Assembly (NCBI GenBank): GCA_001818495.1
Contig: MHKS01000005.1
Coordinates: 466,584-530,583 of the forward strand
Length of the DNA stretch: 64,000 nt
Reading direction: 5' to 3'
Source of the DNA: Candidatus Komeilibacteria bacterium RIFOXYD1_FULL_37_29
Lineage (GTDB): Bacteria; Patescibacteriota; Patescibacteriia; UBA1558; GWA2-36-10
Shown: in pieces, positions 57,254 to 64,000 of the stretch
Layout: every line of letters begins with the position of its first letter
Position numbering within the stretch: the first letter of the stretch is position 1
Position numbers and translations under genes: made by a program
The notes under the pieces: generated by a model
Seen by the model: the letters and a program-made list of their open reading frames with translations, nothing else
The model's database searches: none
Told to the model about the DNA's origin: nothing

Positions 57254-58594
57254 TTAAAATGTTGATTTCTTTTGTACTACTTGATAAGCCCCTAAATATA
57301 AAAATTTATTGTCTAAAGAAAAAGATAATGAGCGAGCAGAATGATTGGTCGGCAAATCACTAATCTCCCAATTATTTCCATTATCTATAGAATGATACAG
57401 CGCTTTTGATGTGCCGTAAAATAATTCATCGGTATTTTTAGGGTTTACCAAAACTGAGAAAATAGCTTCACCTTTATTGGGTGGGGTAAGTAGCTTTATT
57501 TGTTTCCAAATTGAGCCATACTTGTCCTCCATCAGACGGTAAATAGATCCGTTATTGGCATAAATTATACCGTCTTTGACACTCCTGTCCAAACTAACAG
57601 TCACTACTGTAGATGCCCCCCTATTCTTACCTAATACTATATATTTATTATTTTTTTCGTATTCAATTTTTTCTTCCTTGGTTAAATACTGACAAGTTTG
57701 ATTAAATTTTTCCTTTTCGGCTTCAGCTAATAGCTCGGCCTGCCTATCTTCGTCTTCAACACCGCTGGTAATAGCTCTTTTCTCTGTGCTAGTTAATTTT
57801 TGACAAGTGGCCGCCAATTTAGCCTCTTCTTTGGCCGTTAAAAATTCGGTAAAGGCCTGATCTTCGTCTATCTCTGCTCTATCTAAACGCCAACTTAAGA
57901 GATTTTCCCAAGTTAAACCGTCATCAATGCTTTTTAAAATTCCATTTTTTTGCGTAACTCCATAAACTATACGGCCAGCTTCACTATCGATCACAAAAAT
58001 ATTTTTTATACTATTGCCAAAGCGTTGGACAGCACTCCAAGTTTTGCCATTGTCTTCACTGCGTAACAATGACCCTTTTGAGTTGCCAGCAAAAACTATA
58101 TTACTATTATAATGACTAGTAGCTAGAGCGGTAACATAATCACCAGTAGTGGGTTCAAAATAAACTTTTTCCCAACTACGTGAACAATCAATGGTTTTAT
58201 AAATAGCATTGTGAACAGCGGCAAAAATAGTACAATTTTTTTCCGGATCAACCGCTATAGCATTGATAGTTCCCAAACCAGCTAAAGTCCTAGTCCAACC
58301 GTTGCCATAGTCATAGCTATAAAATATACCGTCATGCAAAGTACCCAAATAAATAGCACTTTCATCTAGAGGATCATAAGTCATCACTGTCACACTGGCG
58401 GCATCAAAAGTAGCTTTTTTGTCTCCCAAAGTATAAATGGTATTCATCTTGGTCCAGCTATCCCCCAAATTTTCACTTCGGAAAAATCCACCAGTCAGCG
58501 AAGATGGAGAGGCTGATTTTTTAGATAAACTAACACAACCAGACAAAAATAATGGTAAGATAATAATTAAAACAATTAACTTTTGTTTTTTCAT
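57254..58594 (-). CDS. Lipoprotein with BNR/Asp-box (YCF48-like) beta-propeller
   Basis: Lipobox LSGC; repeated SxDxGxxW motifs. Confidence 0.85.
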   Translation of the reverse strand: MKKQKLIVLIIILPLFLSGCVSLSKKSASPSSLTGGFFRSENLGDSWTKMNTIYTLGDKKATFDAASVTVMTYDPLDESAIYLGTLHDGIFYSYDYGNGWTRTLAGLGTINAIAVDPEKNCTIFAAVHNAIYKTIDCSRSWEKVYFEPTTGDYVTALATSHYNSNIVFAGNSKGSLLRSEDNGKTWSAVQRFGNSIKNIFVIDSEAGRIVYGVTQKNGILKSIDDGLTWENLLSWRLDRAEIDEDQAFTEFLTAKEEAKLAATCQKLTSTEKRAITSGVEDEDRQAELLAEAEKEKFNQTCQYLTKEEKIEYEKNNKYIVLGKNRGASTVVTVSLDRSVKDGIIYANNGSIYRLMEDKYGSIWKQIKLLTPPNKGEAIFSVLVNPKNTDELFYGTSKALYHSIDNGNNWEISDLPTNHSARSLSFSLDNKFLYLGAYQVVQKKSTF

Positions 58595-58598
58595 ATTT

Positions 58599-59600
58599 TT
58601 ATTCCATGTTTAAAAATAAATTCTCCCACAAGAGTTGTGGCGATATGTTATAATTTAATTTTTCTTTGGTTTTATTCAAAGATAATAAATTATCTATCAA
58701 ACTCTGCTTATTAAATTTGGTAGCCAAGCTGTTAATTTCTTTATCATACATCTGGTTGATAATCGGTCGCTCTAACTTAGCCCACAAAATATCTCTTAAA
58801 AATACCTCAAATAAATCTAAATATTCTTTGGTCAGGTTACCCAATTCACTTAATTTGTATCCGGGGTATTCTTTTTTTAGTACTTCAAACCATTTATCCA
58901 GGGTTTGCATATAATAAAAAGTTCCCCCGGATAACATTTTTAATATAAAATTTGAGCTTTTTTTAAAATTTTCCATTTTGTCACCCATTAAGCGCAAAGC
59001 TACTCCTGGTCGGCCAAAAGATAAATTGATAATTGTTTCTTTTTCTTGATCAGAAAAATCATAATTTTTTAGCCAAGCCAACATATCACCCCTTTTTAGT
59101 GGCTGAAACTTTATCAGTTGCGCCCGAGAAATGATGGTGGCCGGCAAATTGACAATGGTATCGGCGATTAAAATAATAGTTGTATTGATTGTCGGCTCTT
59201 CCAAGGTCTTGAGTAGTGCATTGGCGCTAAAAAGATTAATGGTTTCTGTACCATAAATAACGGCAATTTTATGGGTACTTCTAAAATTAGACATGGAAAT
59301 TTTGTGTAAAAATTCTCGAATATTATCAACACCTAGGTCTTCTCTGTCACCCACTTTATGAATATCTAAAAAAATGCCTTTACTAATCATCCGACAATTA
59401 TCACATTGACCACAGGGTTTTATTTTGTTGTCCAAACAAAAAATACTCTTAATAAAATAATCTACTATGGTTTTTTTACCTAGGCCAGCCGGACCATAAA
59501 ATAAATAAGTATTAGCCAGCTTATGTTGGCTGACTGTTTCTTGCAAAAACTTTAATTGATTTTTATGACCATAAATAGGCCACTGATACTCTTGTGACAT
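58599..59600 (-). CDS. holB: DNA polymerase III subunit delta'
   Basis: YLFYGP.GLGK, C...PCGQC..C, ANALLKTLEEP, LPATIISR; start placed at MSQEY. Confidence 0.88.
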   Translation of the reverse strand: MSQEYQWPIYGHKNQLKFLQETVSQHKLANTYLFYGPAGLGKKTIVDYFIKSIFCLDNKIKPCGQCDNCRMISKGIFLDIHKVGDREDLGVDNIREFLHKISMSNFRSTHKIAVIYGTETINLFSANALLKTLEEPTINTTIILIADTIVNLPATIISRAQLIKFQPLKRGDMLAWLKNYDFSDQEKETIINLSFGRPGVALRLMGDKMENFKKSSNFILKMLSGGTFYYMQTLDKWFEVLKKEYPGYKLSELGNLTKEYLDLFEVFLRDILWAKLERPIINQMYDKEINSLATKFNKQSLIDNLLSLNKTKEKLNYNISPQLLWENLFLNME

Positions 59601-59689
59601 TGCTTTAAAAATACCATTTTTAAGCCCAAAAATCAATCCCATTCAATTTAACAATCTCTTCCAGCTAGACAATTGAAAAAGCCGCTGGT

Positions 59690-60106
59690 TTAGCGGCTAT
59701 CTAAAGCTTTATTTACTAGGGCGTCAGCTTCTTTATTGAGCTCCCGCCGTATATGTTTGAAACTAATCTTTTTAAACTGAATGGCCAGATTCCAAGCTTT
59801 GACAAATGTCTTAGCCAAGCCTACTTCCTTGACTTTATATTCTTTATTTAGCTGTTTAACTACCAATTCACTGTCCAAATAACAAGACAACTCTTTAATA
59901 TTACTAGCTAAAGCCAATTCCAATCCTTTTATCAGGGCTGCATACTCGGCTTGATTGTTGGTAGTCTCACCAATATACTCTGAAAAAGTATCTATTTTTT
60001 CCTTTCCCTGATAAAGCACTCCACCGATAGCGGCTGGACCAGGATTACCCCTAGCTCCGCCATCAGTAAAAAGACGAGCGGCTGATTTTGTAGAAGGACT
60101 AACCAT
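59690..60106 (-). CDS. rnhA: Ribonuclease HI family protein
   Basis: FTDGGARGNPGP, TNNQAEY, DSELVVKQ, HIRRE.N.EAD.L. Confidence 0.93.
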   Translation of the reverse strand: MVSPSTKSAARLFTDGGARGNPGPAAIGGVLYQGKEKIDTFSEYIGETTNNQAEYAALIKGLELALASNIKELSCYLDSELVVKQLNKEYKVKEVGLAKTFVKAWNLAIQFKKISFKHIRRELNKEADALVNKALDSR

Positions 60107-61796
60107 TATTCTTTATATCTTTAATAATCAATTGTATTTCCCGATTACCATTCCATTGATTAATACTCAAATTATATATTATATCAATTTTGTCACCCAG
60201 CTCTAAAGACATTTTACCCAAACCAAAAGCAATGGCTCCTCGACTTTTATTTCCTTTGGCAATTTCCAATTTCAAATGTTGTCCGTCTCCGCCTACTTGC
60301 CTGATACTAGTAACAGATAAACCCGTAGACATAAAAAGCGGTTCCGGATTACTTTGTCCGTAGGGATGAAATTTTTCCAACAGATCCAAAAGATCCCAGG
60401 ATATATCTTCAAAATTTATAGCCAGTTCTATTTCCAAGCTTGGCTGAAATTGTATATTTTTTAACTTGGTGAGAGCTAAAGACTTCATTGTTTTGATAAA
60501 CTCCTCACGTTTATCGGCGGTGATAGAAAAACCACAAGCCTGTGGATGCCCACCATATTTGATCAACATTTTTTCATTTTGTTGCAAAGCTTCAATAATA
60601 TTAAATTCTGGGATACTGCGACCAGAACCGACTATAACATTATCGACATTGGTCATGACAAAAACTGGCCGAGAATAATCTCTAGACAATCTGCCGGCTA
60701 CCAGCCCAGTCAAACCACTAGACCAGTCGGGACTATAAAAAGACAAAAGTGGCTCACTTTCATCAATCTTTTGTGCTTTAGCTTCTTTAACTATTTTTTC
60801 CGTCAACTTTTGCCTATCCAAATTTGATTGATTCAAATCTGAAGCCAATTTAGTAGCTTTATCGTCATCTTCTTCAATCATTAAATAATAAGCCAAATTG
60901 GCGTGATCCATCCGTCCGGCGGCATTGACTCTGGGAGCCAAAGAAAATCCAATGGTTCTAGCGTCAATTTTATCAATATCCAAATTGGCTACTTGAATCA
61001 ATTTTTTCAAACCCAAACGTTTGGTTTTTTTAAGAACCATCAAACCATACTTTAAAAGTGTCCGATTTTCTCCCAAAAGTGGCACCATATCAGCGACCGT
61101 AGATAAGGCCACCATATCCAAAAGCCATTTTTCATTGACCTCTTTTTCTTTGGCTGAAAAATCATTGTGCTGATGAGAAAGTAAAGCTTGCGCCAATTTA
61201 AAAGCCACGCCACCGCCAGCTAAATATTTGAAAGGATATTCTTCTCCCTTAACTTGTGGATGAATAATAGCCAAAGCCTTGGGTAATATCTCTGGAATAG
61301 TATGATGATCAGTAATTATTACATCTACTCCCAAGCTATTGGCCAAAGCTACTTCTTCAATATTGCTGATTCCGCAATCACAAGTAATAATTACTTGGCT
61401 TTTGGTGGCGATCTGCTGGACGGCTTTTTTATTTAGCCCATAGCCCTCTTTTTCACGATGGGGCAAATAAACATCAACTCGGGCTCCCAAAGATTTTAGA
61501 ATTGACCAAAGTATGACCGAAGCACTGACTCCATCGGCATCATAATCTCCATACACAGTAATCAACTCTTTATTTTTAATGGCCAGATAGATCCTTTGAC
61601 AAGCCTTTTCCATATCTTTGAAAAGATGTGGATCATGGACATCTTGACTATAATCAGGATTCAAAAACTCGTCTATCTGCTGTTGAGTCTTTAACCCCCG
61701 ATTATATAATAACTGAACAGCTACTGGATGCAATTCCGGAAATTTTTCTATAAAATCTTGCGTGGGCTTATGTGGTAATTTCCAAATATATGACAT
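60099..61796 (-). CDS. recJ: Single-stranded DNA exonuclease RecJ
   Basis: YGDYDADG, EGYGL, DCG, ITDHH, TVAD, PRVNAAGR, GSGRS, GGH; start placed at MSYIW. Confidence 0.96.
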   Translation of the reverse strand: MSYIWKLPHKPTQDFIEKFPELHPVAVQLLYNRGLKTQQQIDEFLNPDYSQDVHDPHLFKDMEKACQRIYLAIKNKELITVYGDYDADGVSASVILWSILKSLGARVDVYLPHREKEGYGLNKKAVQQIATKSQVIITCDCGISNIEEVALANSLGVDVIITDHHTIPEILPKALAIIHPQVKGEEYPFKYLAGGGVAFKLAQALLSHQHNDFSAKEKEVNEKWLLDMVALSTVADMVPLLGENRTLLKYGLMVLKKTKRLGLKKLIQVANLDIDKIDARTIGFSLAPRVNAAGRMDHANLAYYLMIEEDDDKATKLASDLNQSNLDRQKLTEKIVKEAKAQKIDESEPLLSFYSPDWSSGLTGLVAGRLSRDYSRPVFVMTNVDNVIVGSGRSIPEFNIIEALQQNEKMLIKYGGHPQACGFSITADKREEFIKTMKSLALTKLKNIQFQPSLEIELAINFEDISWDLLDLLEKFHPYGQSNPEPLFMSTGLSVTSIRQVGGDGQHLKLEIAKGNKSRGAIAFGLGKMSLELGDKIDIIYNLSINQWNGNREIQLIIKDIKNNG

Positions 61797-61862
61797 AAAA
61801 AAATAATCACGTATCAACGTGTGGTTATTGTATCAATAATTTATAGGTTTTGACAAACTAGC

Positions 61863-62276
61863 CTATTTTAACTTAACAACCTTAATCTTACGAGCAGTGG
61901 AAGCTGTTGAATTTTTTTCTTTGGCTGGAGAAGATTGTTTTTCATTGTAGACTATGCGCGGTGGCAAAGTAACTTCTTTTTCTATTTTTGGCTCTAGACG
62001 CACTTCTCTTTTATTTTGACCACCTTGTTTTAACTCTTTTTTCAAAAATGCCAAAGCTACTGCCAGCATCACTAGCCCCAGTAAAGTTAAAAGGAAAAAA
62101 GAATTATTAAAATTAAAAAATGAAGCCTCGGATGGACTGGTAAAATTTGTTTCTTGATAATCACTAACAATATTTACCACCTCCTGATTGAGATCACCCA
62201 ATTTATTTTCCGTGTCAACCAGATTATTGAGTATTGGATCATCGGCCTGAACTAACTTGTTTATTTGCTCAGACAT
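61863..62276 (-). CDS. Hypothetical single-pass membrane protein
   Basis: 137 aa with a central TM helix. Confidence 0.7.
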   Translation of the reverse strand: MSEQINKLVQADDPILNNLVDTENKLGDLNQEVVNIVSDYQETNFTSPSEASFFNFNNSFFLLTLLGLVMLAVALAFLKKELKQGGQNKREVRLEPKIEKEVTLPPRIVYNEKQSSPAKEKNSTASTARKIKVVKLK

Positions 62277-63418
62277 TTTATTGTTTTATTAGCTATATTA
62301 ATTAACTCACCCTCAGGAGCTAAAATAACCTTGGTGCCAGATGGCTTTTGCAAACCGCGTAAAATCATGCCTCTGATAGTATTGTTGGCAGCCGCTGGAC
62401 CAGTAAAGACAATAGCGTCAATTTTTTTACTCATACCAAGATATGAGGCAATATAACGAGAAATATCATAAATGTAAATATCCAAAGCTAGTTTAGCGGC
62501 TTGTCTTTGCTCTTTACTAAATTTAAAATTATTTTTATAACCACTGACCTTATAACCACTAGCTAGCAAAACATCTCTCAAATCAGCCAAACCAGCTAAG
62601 CCCAAAAGCCCAGATTTTTTGTCTATTATTTCGCTAATATCAGCCAAAGATAGCTTAAGCTGCTTGGCTAAATAAAATATAACACTAGGTGGCAAATCAC
62701 CGCATCTGGTAGACATGGTCAATCCTTCATTGGGAGAAAAGCCCATACTGGTATCTTTGACCTGACCGTCCATAAACCAACTGATACTAGCCCCCGAACC
62801 TATATGACAGGTAATTAATTTTAACTTATCTATATTTCTATTTAAAACTTTGGCCGCATAATCAGCAGCTGCTTCATGACTTAAACCATGAAAACCATAT
62901 TTTCTAATATTATATTTCTGATAATAAGAAATGGGCAAAGAATACAAATAGGCTACGGCCGGTAACTTGTGATACCAAGCTGTATCAAAACTAACAGCCA
63001 TTTTTACTTTTGGCCAGCTGTCTTTGACCAAGTCCATCAACTCCAAAGTAACTGGATTGTGTAGTGGTGCCAAATGATTATATTTTTTTATATTTTTCAA
63101 AAAAGCTGAACTGACAAGTGTAGTCTCAAAAAATTCTCCACCACCATGCACCAATCTAAAACCGACAAACTTAATATCAAAATCTTTTAATAACTCATAC
63201 AGATAACTCCACCAATCTTTAATATTGTAGCCAGTCTGATAATTTATCTTTTTGTTTCTATAAACCAACACGCTTTTATTGCCCACCAAAGAGATGGCTC
63301 CGTCCAAAACTTTCTGTCCAGGCCTGGTTTGACCTTTTATCAAAAATTTTGGTAATTCAAAAACGGCAAACTTTATACTGCCACTACCGGGATTTAAGAT
63401 AAGCAAATATTTTTTCAT
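62261..63418 (-). CDS. ackA: Acetate/propionate kinase with divergent C-terminal motifs
   Basis: LNPGSGSIK, RLVHGG, LAPLHN, FDT, RKYGFHGLSH, CHIGSGAS, DTSMGF.P.EGL.M.TR.GD. Confidence 0.9.
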   Translation of the reverse strand: MKKYLLILNPGSGSIKFAVFELPKFLIKGQTRPGQKVLDGAISLVGNKSVLVYRNKKINYQTGYNIKDWWSYLYELLKDFDIKFVGFRLVHGGGEFFETTLVSSAFLKNIKKYNHLAPLHNPVTLELMDLVKDSWPKVKMAVSFDTAWYHKLPAVAYLYSLPISYYQKYNIRKYGFHGLSHEAAADYAAKVLNRNIDKLKLITCHIGSGASISWFMDGQVKDTSMGFSPNEGLTMSTRCGDLPPSVIFYLAKQLKLSLADISEIIDKKSGLLGLAGLADLRDVLLASGYKVSGYKNNFKFSKEQRQAAKLALDIYIYDISRYIASYLGMSKKIDAIVFTGPAAANNTIRGMILRGLQKPSGTKVILAPEGELINIANKTIKCLSK

Positions 63419-63981
63419 ATATCCAAATCAATGATACTACAAGTTAGTAAACCAGCAGCATTACCTTCATCGGTATCTAGATGTATAGCGGTGCTATAGT
63501 TTCCTACTCGCGCCACAATCTCCCTTAATTCCAAACTTCTTGGTCCTTTGATCAAAGCTTTTAACTTTTGACCGTTTTTTATATGCCATTTTTTGGCATC
63601 AGCTAAAGAAATATGTAAATGCCTTTGTGGCACTATAATTCCTTCGTTTAGTTTAACGCTACCCCGCGGTCCTTTCAAAGTCAGACCACCCGGACTACCA
63701 GCTAAATCACCAGACACACGAATGGCTGGCTTGACTCCCAAAATACGAGCATCAGTTAAAGCCAGCTCCACTTGAGTTTGTGGTCTGACTGGACCAACGA
63801 TACGCATAGACAATTTGCCTTTGGGGCCAGTTACTTCTACTTTTTCTTCAGAGGCAAACTCTCCGGGTTGAGATAGATCTTTAATTGGTTTGAGCTGATA
63901 AGCACTGCCAAAAAGTTTGTCCAAATGCTTCCGGGAAATATGTAGATGCCGAGCGGAAATTTCCGCTTTGATTCTTTTCAT
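63415..63981 (-). CDS. pduL: Phosphate propanoyl/acetyltransferase PduL
   Basis: SARHLH, LSQPGEF, GPVRPQTQVE, RHLH, HLDTDEGNA. Confidence 0.93.
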   Translation of the reverse strand: MKRIKAEISARHLHISRKHLDKLFGSAYQLKPIKDLSQPGEFASEEKVEVTGPKGKLSMRIVGPVRPQTQVELALTDARILGVKPAIRVSGDLAGSPGGLTLKGPRGSVKLNEGIIVPQRHLHISLADAKKWHIKNGQKLKALIKGPRSLELREIVARVGNYSTAIHLDTDEGNAAGLLTCSIIDLDI

Positions 63982-64000
63982 ATAATTATAAATTATATTT

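Noticed and set aside
61802-61829. Inverted repeat upstream of recJ
   Set aside because: Weak, AT-rich and strand-ambiguous; cannot distinguish terminator from chance
1219-63775. Many 60-130 aa ORFs antisense or out of frame to long genes (e.g. 1219-1584, 2959-3294, 17996-18343, 23250-23627, 53068-53463)
   Set aside because: Shadow ORFs fully inside well-supported genes, with Ser/Ile/Phe-rich composition typical of antisense reading

Overview
AT-rich bacterial chromosomal segment with almost all genes on the minus strand and very short intergenic gaps. The gene content points to a Patescibacteria/CPR (Parcubacteria/ABY1-like) genome; this assignment is inference. Supporting content: archaeal-type AMP phosphorylase, shortened AlaRS and ProRS, VirB2/TrbC-like pilins, two VirD4/TraD-like ATPases, a DUF4012-like gene and a giant low-complexity protein. 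Housekeeping genes: secA, secD/F, hpf, alaS, mnmA, ddl, uppS, dnaX, holB, lepA, murJ, two mreB, mreC/D, PBP2, two greA-family genes, proS, rseP, frr, rnhA, recJ, ackA, pduL, plus a surface-glycan cluster, tRNA-Gln(CTG) and RNase P RNA. The main unexplained signals are non-coding. (1) A ~335-nt minus-strand unit at ~13010-13350 has its own sigma70 promoter and terminator and folds by eye into two multi-stem domains (candidate unrecognised ncRNA). (2) A GC-rich palindromic element is bracketed by a 20-bp duplication of the tRNA-Gln 3' end. Also noted: an unannotated 32-aa membrane ORF, a circularly permuted parvulin domain inside SecD, pilin paralogs sharing a 53-bp identical tract, and leaderless-type promoters. 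No CRISPR array, transposase or integrase was seen. All product calls come from motif recognition by eye, not from database searches.
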